A DNA stretch of 64,000 bases from Podarcis erhardii (taxonomy: Eukaryota), in the NCBI GenBank assembly GCA_964252035.1, contig OZ176204.1; one strand, written 5' to 3'. The notes below the pieces were generated by a model that made no database searches, had not been told where the DNA came from, and saw only the letters and a list, made by a program, of their open reading frames with translations. Numbering within the stretch: the stretch's first letter is position 1; each line of letters starts with the position of its first letter. Both the position numbers and the translations under genes were made by a program. This document shows, piece by piece, positions 1 to 11,407 of this stretch.

Positions 1-368
1 AGCTCTGAGGCAAACAACTGCAAGGAGTTACAGCCTTACTAAACCAATTACCGTACTTTGGCAATGAATTCCAATTTGTGTCTCAGAACAATTTTTAATA
101 TATTCAAATAATGTAAAATATATTGTTCTGAGCACATTTATAGTTCAAAATACAAGGAATACATTATTATTTTCCCCCCTATACAGGTGTTATCGAGGCA
201 GTAAGTGAAATAATTGGTCACACTGTAAACATGCAGATGCTGCAATTACAGAGTCTAGACAACAATAAGTTGGCTAATCACATTTGGTATATAAAGCTGC
301 TTGCCTGGATCTGGCAAACGGTGCGATTGTGCAGCAAGCAACTTGGATCGTGGGCATCACTAAATTAC

Positions 369-497
369 CTTTAAAGTGTAGTGTTCAATCATTTCCCGGT
401 CCAATGGTCTGGCCACAAACACTTCTCCATAGGTGTTGTTGGTTGTGCGGATTTCAAATGCCCTGCCTATGTTTCCTGATACTATAGAAAAAGTCAC
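369..497 (-). CDS. CDH23: CDH23 exon ~36 (129 nt): VTFSIVSGNIGRAFEIRTTNNTYGEVFVARPLDREMIEHYTLK
   Basis: tctttttacag|GTGACT...TTAAAG|gtaatt; contains LDRE. Confidence 0.96.
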
Positions 498-1501
498 CTG
501 TAAAAAGATATTCATATATACAAAAAAGTTGAAAAATCACAATGATGGCTGGGAGGTTTAGGGGATCTTGTAAATTCCATAGGAGAACAGTAGATCTAGA
601 AATTCAAAATGATGCGTATGAAAGCACCTTTTCAGACTGAAACTGCTTGGGAGGTTCATAACAGAAGATCATTTCAGGCAGCAAATTAAAGAAAAAACAC
701 ACCTCACCTTAAACACAGAGTGCTTCCTGTTTAATACAGAGAGGGCTTCCTTTTAGTACATTGTGGTGGTGAGAAGCTGCCATCTGTTTTTTTCAGGGCC
801 ATTGTTCCATCTGTCAGCTGTCAAGCAGCCTCTCAGCACCAAAGGAACTTGTTTCAGATATTGTTTTTCCCCTAACATCTTTCAGAGCCATCTGCTCCAT
901 CCATTGCATCTTAAGAGTCCAAGTTATATTTAGTGCTAGTGATTTCACCTTGCAGGCAGGGAAACCTTACCACTGACGATCAGGGCCTTACAGCAGCCAG
1001 TTCAAAGAACTGAGGGAAGCAGAAGGGCAAAGGGCTCCCATGATGTGAAGTGGGACTCATGGATCGGAGGTGGACTCTCCTGAAGCCAGAAGACTTTGCT
1101 GTTGCCTCCTGATAGCAGTCAGGACAACTGGCAATGGCAGCAGCAGAAGTTTGCTTCTGTATGGTCCCTTCAAGGTGGTACTATGTGAATTGGCCCTGAA
1201 GGAGAAACAGTGCCTCTAGAGAGACTTACTGGGTTGTTGGTAGGATAAAGTAGCCATTTCACCTGTCTCAATGGTTGCACCAGAGCTTTCCATCACCAAG
1301 AAAGGACAGTGCAGAAAAAAAGGTCTCTGACAAAATCCTTACACATTTGTCAGGTGCCCCCGGTCTACCCAGGCGCTAGCAGTGGCAGGCTTATGATCCC
1401 TGCTAATCCCATCTGATCTCAACAAAAATCTTGAAATCAGCTACACCTGCTCAGTCTTTCAGTGGATAAGAGGAGCCCAACACACACACAAGTGAAAGTG
1501 C

Positions 1502-1504
<3 letters not shown>

Positions 1505-1542
<38 letters not shown>
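1505..1542. repeat. (AC)n microsatellite
   Basis: Direct reading. Confidence 0.95.
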
Positions 1543-1544
<2 letters not shown>

Positions 1545-2197
1545 AAGTGCTTGGATGTCACATATGGCTGTGTGGTTCAATCTACAATATTTCTTGTCCC
1601 TCAGAGAATATCCCTGCACTCCAACGCTAGGCTAGCCAGAAACTAGACCATATATTATTATTTTTTTAAAAATGTCAGCTTCCCCTTTAAAATCAAGTTT
1701 ATTGATTACAAGGGCATGGAGGATGCAGCTGTTTCAGAGCTGTTATTTGTGGAACCCAACACATCTCTGTGCCCTGATGATGCCCTATGTAAGACAACAG
1801 AAGCTTTGATGAGCAGGGTGTTATTCATCAGTCTCTGAGGCATCCTACATTGCTGTTTCTGAATCATGTGTAGGGCACATATATCTACTTGGAAAGGACC
1901 ACAAGTTTAATCCAAAGCAGGAAGTATGCAATAACAATGAAACCAATTTGCCACCACAATTAGGGCAAGAAAACAGGGTTCACCAATTATAGTTTTGGTA
2001 TATTGCTAACTCACTACGCAAATATCTACCATTCACCTTCAAAGTTCTTACACAGAAACTAGTGTTCCCTTAATTTTGATGCTATCCCATAAGCACCAAA
2101 TTAGACTAAGCAAAATGTGACCAACCCACCACATCTCAACACCCTTTTGCTAACTCCACAGTAACTGTACATTCTGAAGCCACACAATCATTGCTAC

Positions 2198-2347
2198 CTG
2201 CCCGTTGCTTCCTGCATCAGGGTCCCTGGCTAAAACCAGAGCAATTCGACGTCCAACAGAACTGTCCTCTGCTACGCTCACAGATGAGTCAGAAGTAATG
2301 TCAAACTGTGGGCTGTTGTCATTCTCATCCAGTATGGTGATAGTAAC
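2198..2347 (-). CDS. CDH23: CDH23 exon ~35 (150 nt): VTITILDENDNSPQFDITSDSSVSVAEDSSVGRRIALVLARDPDAGSNGQ
   Basis: ttctccattggacag|GTTACT...GGGCAG|gtagca; contains DENDN and DPD motifs. Confidence 0.96.
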
Positions 2348-3556
2348 CTGTCCAATGGAGAATGCAGATATGAATAAGAGCTCTGTCTCTTACAGACACC
2401 AGTACTAGAGCTGGGGAGAAACAGTGATTTAGCCAAAAATTCATTAGATTCACCCTATAATTTGAGGAGAAATGATTTTGTGAAATTGTTCCATGCAATT
2501 TTATTTCTCCAAATTGTTTAACTGATTATTGAAGCATTGCCTATTCCTTGGAAGCATACTCAACACTTAAAGAATACAAACTGCTAGAGGAATGATCCAT
2601 CCATTCTAGAAAAGTATCATCCTTTCTGTATCATCCATTTTTTTAATGGTGGCAGCCATTTTAAAAACATCTTAGAACAGGCTTTCTGGAAAAAGGCAAA
2701 ATGATGACCACTCTTCCCGCCCCAGAAATTCACCCTACTCCCAAAGTATTGGTGAAGCAAAACAGCCCATTCTGAGGTTGATGAAATGGCTGAGCAATAG
2801 TCATTGTCCATGCAGTATAGCCCTACTTTCTGCATAATCTGAGCAAACAGAAGGACCCTTGCATTTATAGCTTGAATTGAAGCTGCTGCTGCAAAGGAAT
2901 GCTTATGTTTGAAGCAAGCCCCACTTTGGGGTTTGGATAAGTGCAGATCCCAGCCGGCTTGCTGTAAGCCTTGATCAGCTGCTCAGCACTTACGACTCCT
3001 GGCAGGCACCAGCTGCACTATGCAGTACCCAGTGGAGAACTACAAAGCACAGCCAATCGCAGCTGGCTTCCTATAAGTGCCAATCAGTAGTTTGGCACTT
3101 CCAGCAAGCTGGCTTGAGGCAAGCATCAGCTGCACTCCTGACTTTGGGAACTCAGTAGCGCAGCCAATCCCAGTCAGCTTGCTATAAAGTGTTTACAGCA
3201 AGCTCACTGTGATCAGCCTCACTACTGAAGTCCTGGTGGGGAATGCTGTTGTGCAGTGAAATCGCCACAGGCTTGCTGTCACTGCCAATCAGCTGATGAC
3301 ACTGACAGCAAGCCTCGTTTGCTAGGCAACAATCAGGAGAACTTGAAGGCTTCTGAAAGTTTCTTGGTAGCGATGTCCCCACTTGTCCCTCACCTGATAT
3401 ATAAGATATGACAGATGGGCATGGTTTGGGGAAAATTGCACCACAGGCCGAAATTGCTGGGTTTAAATGGTCCCATGGGGTGGAGTTATCTCACCCCCTG
3501 GGCTAAGGTATAATGTCTACCTTAAGAGATGAAAGCTTTAAACTGAAGAACTAGGT

Positions 3557-3692
3557 CAGTTTTCCCAAACTTGGGTCTGCAGCTGTTCATTGGACTACAA
3601 CTCCCATCATCCCTAACTAACAGTACCAGTGGTCAGGGATGATGAGAATTGTAGTCCCAAAACACATGGGGACTCAAGTTTGGGAAACACTG
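3557..3692. mobile_element. Palindromic hAT-type MITE
   Basis: Terminal inverted repeats cagttttcccaaactt / aagtttgggaaacactg; 8-bp TSD aactaggt (3549-3556, 3693-3700). Confidence 0.8.
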
Positions 3693-3713
3693 AACTAGGT
3701 GGTACCTCTAACA

Positions 3714-3849
3714 CAAGCATCCCCAAACCCGGCCCTCCAGATGTTTTGGGATTACAACTCCCATTGTCCCTAGCTAACAGGACCAGTGGTCAGGGATGAT
3801 GGGAATTGTAGTCCCAAAACATCTGGAGGGCCAAGTTTGGGGATGCCTG
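3714..3849. mobile_element. Palindromic hAT-type MITE
   Basis: TIR caagcatcccc / ggggatgcctg; 8-bp TSD ctctaaca (3706-3713, 3850-3857). Confidence 0.85.
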
Positions 3850-4504
3850 CTCTAACACTTCTGTATGGCTGGAAGAACTAATTCAAGTTTACTCAGAAGC
3901 AAATACCTCTCTATTCAACAGGACTTACTGTAAACATGGACTGGGTCGTAGGCTACATGTGCATTCAGGCACTTCTAATATAGCGAGTTCCTCTAATCTT
4001 CACAACCACATTGACAGAGGGAAGTGGAAACCTCCCATTTATTATAGAGGCTCTGCACAACACCTCACTGGTGTTGACACATGAGCCCATTTAGCAATAC
4101 ATGTAGCCAAGAAATACATGGAAATTTCAGCTCACAGTTACATTAGTCAACTCACACAGCATCAATATATTCTCAGAATCACTTTGCTGTGAGAACTGCC
4201 ATCAGTAGCTCTTTTTTTTGTAAAGGGATCAGGTTATTATGGATGTGCCTCAGCTGCAGTCATGAGTCCAAAATCACCCTGATAGTATTCAAGCTGTGTT
4301 TTCTGTCATTAGCTAAAGGAAATGCTGTCATGTCTAAAAATAACTGTGCATGCACACACACAATACACAAAAGGAGGAGAAAAAGAGGAAGATGCTTTTA
4401 TTTATGAGTCTTTATTTACCTGGTTAAAGGCTCCAGCTGCAGGGCCAGGCAGCATGGCCTGCTTCTAGAGGGAGGCTGAAGCCCCCTTTCTGCTTCTTTT
4501 AGGG

Positions 4505-4640
4505 CAGGCTTCCTCAACCTCGGCCCTCCAGATGTTTTGAGACTACAATTCCCATCATCCTTGACCACTGGTCCTGCTAGCTAGGGGTCATGGGAGTTGT
4601 AGGCCAAAAACATTTGGAGGGTCGAGGTTGAGGAAGCCTA
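4505..4640. mobile_element. Palindromic hAT-type MITE
   Basis: TIR caggcttcctcaacctc / gaggttgaggaagccta; 8-bp TSD ttttaggg (4497-4504, 4641-4648). Confidence 0.85.
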
Positions 4641-4846
4641 TTTTAGGGTGATTTTTTATTCTTGTTGCAAAAAAAAAAAACCACAATCAAAAGGAGAGGC
4701 ATGCTTCTCCGCTTCAAGAACAAGCAGCTGCTGAAATGAGTGGCCACCTGAACAGCCAAACCTGTCTCCTCTAAGCCACCTCGATTCCTTCCATTGTTGA
4801 CTCTCTTTTGGCCCATTTTTTCCAACACGACATCACAACTTTCCCC

Positions 4847-4998
4847 NNNNNNNNNNNNNNNNNNNNNNNNNNNNNNNNNNNNNNNNNNNNNNNNNNNNNN
4901 NNNNNNNNNNNNNNNNNNNNNNNNNNNNNNNNNNNNNNNNNNNNNNNNNNNNNNNNNNNNNNNNNNNNNNNNNNNNNNNNNNNNNNNNNNNNNNNNNN
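4847..4998. other. Assembly gap (152 N)
   Basis: Run of N characters. Confidence 1.
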
Positions 4999-5621
4999 AT
5001 CGCTGTGTTGTCTCACTTAAGACTTTGGGAGCTGAGTCCTACTTCAAGTAAAACTTGGGGGACTGAGGAGGACTGCAGAGCTTCATGTCTGCACAAAGCC
5101 CAATTTACTGTTTCTAAATTCCATTATACCCAGAATAGGCTGGGATGGACATGAAATGATCTGAGAGAAAAATGTCCCTTCCCTCCACTCCCCTTTCATT
5201 CTCAATCCTAGGGGGAAAGGGTTGCTTAGAAGAGTCATAAACGAGTTTGTGAGGCATTTATGTTCTTACTGGGTGCACATTCTTAGGGGCAGCAAGTCAT
5301 TTGTTTAGTGGACTGAACAAGGCCTGCCTGGCAAGATAGAACAACCATCTTCTTTAAAAGAATTTAGAATGCTGGAACTGGAATGTGAAGGTAGCTGCAT
5401 AGCTGAGAACTAGCTGTCTCAAAAATGCTAGGGAATTCTAAAGCTTGCATGCACTTCAGAATCCAATAAATGACATTCCTCAGCTTGCCTGTTTTGCACC
5501 CTATATTTGCACCCCAATGGAAATGTATAGCAACAACTACTTGCTTGAAAGCCACAACAAAGGGTCACAGGCAACAACAAACAAAGGAAGGATAAACACA
5601 ATGGAGGGGAAGCACTCTTAC

Positions 5622-5624
5622 CTT
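5622..5624 (-). CDS. CDH23: CDH23 3-nt microexon (AAG, Lys), exon ~34
   Basis: ctaataac + ~45-nt pyrimidine tract ending ctctccaacag|AAG|gtaaga. Supplies the K missing between DSTV and VTITILDEND. Confidence 0.85.
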
Positions 5625-6380
5625 CTGTTGGAGAGAAGAACAAAATAGGATGGAAAAGAAGAAGAAAAACAGTTATTAGATTTAAATCCTTTTAAACAAT
5701 GTGGTGTGAATTCAATGCTTTGGGAAAGGTCAGCTGTAGATGCAATGTAACGAGGCACAGATGCAATGAAAGGAAAACACAGGTGAACCATGTCTAAACT
5801 CTGCTATTGTTGCTTTGCCAATATCCCTCAATCATCTAAGATATGTGGCATCCTCAACTATTTTGTTGCTAAGTCTCTCAACCAATTGAACACCAATTGT
5901 CTGTCCAGGAATATCAATATATTCCGACCTACAACCCCCTCCCCCCCCCCAAGAATTTGGCCCCTGGAAGCTCTTAATTGCCCCAGGGAGGGAAGTGGCA
6001 ATGAATGTTAACATGAAATGTGGCAAGCCCAAGATCACTGGCTGCAAGAATGTCTTTCACCGTAACTGCTTTTATAATGTTTTTAACTGCATTTGTTTTA
6101 AGAGTGTTGGATGCTTTTGCTTTGTTTGTTTGTTTTTACATTGTGACTCTGAGCTGCTTAGGGACCAAGGGTGGGATATAAACTCGGTCAATCAATCAAT
6201 CAATCAATCACGATGGGAATCGGTGCCAGGAAGGAATGCTTGCCAGGGCAAATGCCTGCGTTTCGCTAGAGGTGCTAAATTCATATCTGAAAACTGTTAA
6301 TTTTAACACCTCAGGTAACAAGGCTGTGCTCAGTGACAATACAAAACAATTCAGAAATGTTTGATTGATACACACACACA

Positions 6381-6624
6381 CAATCGTACCTCGGAAGTTG
6401 AACGCCTTGCGAGTCAAACGTTTTGGCTCCCAAACGCCACAAAGCTGGAAATGAGCGTTTGCGAATGCTCTTTGGAACCTGAACGTCTGATGCAGCTTCT
6501 GCAGCTTCTGATTGGCTGCAGGAGCTTCCTGCAGCCAATCGGAAGCTGTGCCTTGGTTTCCAAACGTTTTGGAAGTTGAACGGACTTCCGGAACGGATTC
6601 CATTTGACTTCCAAGGTACGACTG
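6381..6624. mobile_element. Tc1/mariner-type MITE (CAGTCGTACC-type TIR subfamily)
   Basis: caatcgtacctcggaagtt ... gacttccaaggtacgactg|ta, with internal inverted repeats. Confidence 0.7.
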
Positions 6625-6751
6625 TATAAGCTTTCCTGTGGAAACAATAAACTTTCCCTGGGTGGCAGCGGGGACCTAGCCTTGGAAAGAATAGCCAACT
6701 CAACACTGTCCTACTCTACAAAGCCAAAGGGTTACAGCAAAAATAGCTCAC

Positions 6752-6853
6752 CACAGTTGAGTCAAGCTTCGGACCACCGTCATCTGCAACAACAGTTAGG
6801 GTGTAAAAATCTCCTTTCTCTCGATCTACCTGTCCTTTGACTGTGATCACACC
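6752..6853 (-). CDS. CDH23: CDH23 exon ~33 (102 nt): GVITVKGQVDREKGDFYTLTVVADDGGPKLDSTV
   Basis: tttcccttggcag|GGTGTG...ACTGTG|gtgagc. Confidence 0.96.
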
Positions 6854-6944
6854 CTGCCAAGGGAAAAAAAGACACACGAATAAATGAATTTCCAACGCTA
6901 GAGTATGATCTTAGGTGAAGGAGGTCCACCTGTAAACTACTCAC

Positions 6945-7333
6945 AGTGATGCCATTTATTTTGAACAAAGACAGAGCCTGAGGATTTGTATTGGGGTCAA
7001 ACTTGTACGTGATCTGGTTCAGGTTATCGATGGAGCGCGCCTGGACTCGGAGGACTTCAGATCCCAGGGGGATGTTCTCTGTGATCACTGCTTCATACGT
7101 GACATTCGAGAACTGCACGGCCTCATCCAGTTCATTGAGGAGGCTGACATAAACGCTGCAGAAGCCTTGGTTATGGGGAGGTGCTTGGTCTGTGGCCGAA
7201 ACATTCATCAGATAGCTGGTTTTCGTCTCGTAGTCCAGATAGTCAATGGTGGTAATGAGACCGGTGCTCTCGTCGATTTCAAATTTCCCCTCGGAACCTG
7301 AGATGATTTTGTAATTCACAAGGCCTCCGTTTC
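6945..7333 (-). CDS. CDH23: CDH23 exon ~32 (389 nt): (G)NGGLVNYKIISGSEGKFEIDESTG...LLNELDEAVQFSNVTYE...ALSLFKINGIT
   Basis: ctccccttag|GAAACGGA...ATCACT|gtgagt. Includes the non-canonical EC12-13 linker NELDEAVQF and SIDNL. Confidence 0.98.
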
Positions 7334-7736
7334 CTAAGGGGAGAAAGAACACAGTTAAAGGTGCAAGACACATGTAATTCACATGTAATTAAGCTATGAT
7401 TCAATTGCACAGTGCTTTGGGATGAGAGTTCAAAAATCCAGACAGGCGCTTAAAAGCTTACACAGCAACTTATAAGGAAAAAATAACATATGTACTTCAG
7501 CGTATCTCAGGATTCCCCTGGATATATTTGAATTTCCCCATTGCACATGCACGGTCCCATTTTGGCTACAAACTTGTTGCATTCAGCACTTAAGTTCAGC
7601 ATTAGAAGGCGCAATTGTACTCCTCCACCAAGAATAAAGGCAACACTGACAAGCAAGAGACACAAACACAAATCATGGCGAGTCACAATGGCTTGGGGAA
7701 AAAAAAAAGAATGACTATTCCATGCAGTTTCTGTAC

Positions 7737-7872
7737 CTGTGTCTCGATCTGTTGCCCGAACAACTGCAACAGATGTCCCTATCCCAGCAGTCTCACGCAG
7801 TCCCAGCCGGTTATATTGCCTTTGGGTAAATACTGGCACTTCATCGTTGACATCTTCCACGTACACTATGAC
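7737..7872 (-). CDS. CDH23: CDH23 exon ~31 (136 nt): VIVYVEDVNDEVPVFTQRQYNRLGLRETAGIGTSVAVVRATDRDT(G)
   Basis: tttcccag|GTCATA...GACACAG|gtacag; ORF 7507..7866. Confidence 0.97.
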
Positions 7873-10005
7873 CTGGGAAAAGTTAAGGTGCAGTTAATTT
7901 ATTTGCCTGGAATCTGTTCTGGAGAAAAAGCAGAGACACTTAGAGACTTGATAAGGAAGAGGAGTCTTGATGTGGACACCACAGCACAGAATTATGGAGT
8001 TCTACTGGACCCAAAGATCAGTTCCATGGTGAAATATATGACCAGTCTCTCATGACTCTTCACTACAAACAGAAGCAACCTGTGTAACAAGCAGAGAGCA
8101 AGTACACTGCAGGAAGCTATCAGCAAAGCAAATATCTCCAGGTAATCAACAAAGAATAAAAACAAAGCAAAGCCCAGGCTCCATAAGGGGGAAATTCCTT
8201 TCCGCCGCAGACTGCTGTAATATGCCACTGAATATCTTGTCTCTAGCTGCGGCAAGTGCTGTCGCCCCAGAGGAAAGGAAAGACAGCCGATATCATAAGA
8301 ATCTGATCTTGGTGCAGTACAACTGAGGCAAGCTGTGTAGAATTTTCCATTCTTTCAAAATTGTAAATTCTTACTTATTTTTTCATAAGCAGGTAGGTAC
8401 ATATAGATTATTTGTAACCAAAAGAGAACAATGAAAACACTTAAAATGATAGAAAAAGAAAGAAAAAGCACAATTGACGGCCCCCTATCAGAGAAATGGT
8501 ATAATGCTGCCATAAATTAATACTTTTTCATTTTTGTTCTCTAATAAAGTTTTGCTAGAGGTTCAGGATCAAAAGCTCTATCTATCATCAGGGTTAGTTG
8601 GCAGGCACCAGACATTCCATACCTTGCTTGCCAGAACAGTCTGGATATTACGAGCATCATTTATATAGATATATATAAAGTTTGCCAAACCTTAAACAAT
8701 TTCTCTTACTGACTTTGACTCTGCCTCAACCATATTTTATGCACTCCCTTTTCTATAATCGTTAGAAACCAGACCTGATTTAAGCAAGGCTCTTTGCTCA
8801 GTTCCTCCCAATTCCCAACTTTTATACTCCATTCCATTGTTCAAGACAGCTGCTAGACCCTCCCTAACGTCTATTTCCAGCAGGTGAATTGATGTTTTTG
8901 CATATTAACATGGCAGTAGCTAATTAATTAGGAAGAATTTAAAGTCCTAAAAAATAGATCAGGGTAATCCTGTGCGTGCTACAGCAAGGTAATTGCTAAA
9001 ATCATGCTGCATAATTATAAGGGCAGGGGGAGCTGGGATAAAGTTGCCCAACACACTTGTGATTTCTCTCCTTCCATTTGTCTGCAGCAAGCCTTTGAGA
9101 TTATGAACAGAGGTATAACCCTGATAGTGTCCATACTCACAAAATTCCATTCCGAGTGTAGCAGAGTCATAAATGGCTGTCAAAAAGAAGTCTATTTGTC
9201 ATTAAATGGATTCTAATGAAGCCCCACTGACATTTGGTAAGGTCAAGAACTATTAGAAAATCTATTTCACCTGGACTCCCCACATTTTAGCAGGTTTTTC
9301 CGACCACAGAACCCACAACAGAATATACAGGATGCACAGGGAATTTATGAAGGCTTCTGCAAGTGAAGGTAAGCTGTTGTGAATGTTGAGGATGAGCTCC
9401 CCTACCATGTCTCCAAAGCACTATGCAAAAATGGAGTCACCTGGCATCACTGAGATGTCAGTTCCTTGGATAGGTGGGTGAGCTCTGCCCACCAGTCAGA
9501 GTTAGCCCGTGGTGGGTGGAGGAAATGCAATTTCCCTCCCATGGGTTATCTGAATGCACTGTTCTCTTCTAGATCTGGGGAGGTTCATAGGCCTGAGTAA
9601 ACACAGGTCCACAATAACTCACAAAGTTAAGTCCCTGCCTCAGACCTCAAGGTTTCTGATTCAAACTGTGGGATATCACTGTGTTATGTATGTGCTGCTT
9701 TCAGAAATTCTTTATGCATTGACTTTGTTACTTAATTCATTCAGAGAAGAAGTGCTCAAAATATTATTACCCATTGGGAGAACAGTTTGCAAAAATTTAT
9801 TTTCTGCGGAACCTATGTATTTATATGCTCAGCATTTGATACTTTAAAAAAAAATTGCACTCTAAAACACTTTGCAATATCCCACTGATCTTCACCAAAC
9901 TGTAAACCTGATTTAGCAAAACCCTTATAGTCAGCTCCACTATAACCAACAGAAGATTGTAATTTCCCTGTGCCGCCTTGTGGAATCTTGAAGAGGCATT
10001 ATTAC

Positions 10006-10154
10006 CCTAACAGAGCTCCTCATGGGTCCTTGTTCACTATTGTAGGCTTCCACTTCAAGGACATGGGAGGAATTGCGTTCTCTGTCCAAGGGCCGTAAGC
10101 CTCGCATGACCAGTCCACTGCTAGGATTGATCCGGAAGTTGTTGTAACTGTTTC
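10006..10154 (-). CDS. CDH23: CDH23 exon ~30 (149 nt): (G)NSYNNFRINPSSGLVMRGLRPLDRERNSSHVLEVEAYNSEQGPMRSSVR
   Basis: catccacag|GAAACAGT...GTTAGG|gtaata; ORF 9940..10167. Confidence 0.97.
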
Positions 10155-10342
10155 CTGTGGATGACAAATGAAGACTACAGAAGATGACACTATGTCTTCA
10201 ATTTGAAGACTTAATCCCCATTACAGGATTGTTTCAGAAAAGGGAGAGAGGTGGATCTATTAACACCAATAGGATTATGAATTTATAAAGAAGCCAGTAT
10301 AGCAATGCTACATATAGACTCTTAGATTAAATTAAATGATTA

Positions 10343-10584
10343 CAGTGGTACCTCGGGTTACATACGCTTCAGGTTACATAAGCTTCAGGTTACAGACTCT
10401 GCTAACCCAGAAATAGTGCTTTAGGTTAAGAACCTTGCTTCAGGATGAGAAGAGAAATCATGCTCTGGTGGCGCGGCAGCAGCGGGAGGCCCCATTAGCT
10501 AAAGTGGCGCTTCAGGTTAAGAACAGTTTCAGGTTAAGTACGGACCTCCGGAACAAATTAAGTACTTAACCTGAGGTACCACTG
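10343..10584. mobile_element. Tc1/mariner-type MITE (CAGTGGTACCTC TIR, TA TSD)
   Basis: ta|cagtggtacctcggg ... ctgaggtaccactg|ta; near-identical to the copies at 19571, 25656, 47224 and 62863. Confidence 0.9.
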
Positions 10585-11346
10585 TATGCACATCCTCCTA
10601 CCCTTTCAAACAGGCCTCTTCCCAAAGTTGCTTTTCTTTTTCTTTTGATGTTCCCGCAAGGCTTTGTTGCATACCTGTTAATGTACCATGCAAGTTTGTC
10701 CCTTAGGTCACACATGCCACTTCTAACCTTGCTTGTTCATACTGTAGCCAGTCCTTTATCTTTACCAGCTGCTTACTTTCTGTTTTCCCTCAACTCCCTT
10801 TTTCTATCCCTCTCCCCCTCACACCCCAAATCCATCTCAAAGTTCTTTCCCCCTCAGCTTCCAGCCAGGCTTTCTATTGGCTAGGGCCGAAGTTCTAGCT
10901 CCAGGGCATTAAATTTCTCTTTTGAAGTCATAGTTCATGTATCACAATCACATCCTTACAGATTTACTTGGAAGCAAGTCCGATTATCAACTGAACTTAC
11001 TTTCAAATAGGTATGTTTAGGATCATGACTGTGGAGTATTAGATGTTAAGACAAGCTGATGCAACATAAGCCATTTCCTGCAATATAGTTAATCTTGAGG
11101 GTTATGAAGAATGAATTGTCAAGTTTTAATGGTACCAGGAAGTCAGATATATTAGAAGTATAATTCCCTAGGATGTACGTTTCCCAATAATAAAGTTTAA
11201 AGCCCAGAAAATGTGGAGCAGAACGCATAAGGTTGCTGAGGTTACGGTAAGGATGAAAACGATCAGTAAGGTTGTTCTAGTTACTTTATAAGTATACTGT
11301 AAAATTTTTTATCATTAAAAAAACACTATCCATTTTCTTTGCTTAC

Positions 11347-11407
11347 CTTTGATAATCCTGTACCACACCCGGCCATTCACACCTTCATCTGCATCTGTGG
11401 CTTTCAC
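11347..11407 (-). CDS. CDH23: CDH23 exon ~29 (61 nt): VKATDADEGVNGRVWYRIIK(G)
   Basis: tgcttgttcaaag|GTGAAAGCC...ATCAAAG|gtaagc; matches recalled human LKATDADEGEFGRVWYRILHG. Confidence 0.94.

Noticed and set aside
930-1345. Possible old LTR relic ending ...aaatccttaca
   Set aside because: Could not define a 5' TG end or a TSD.
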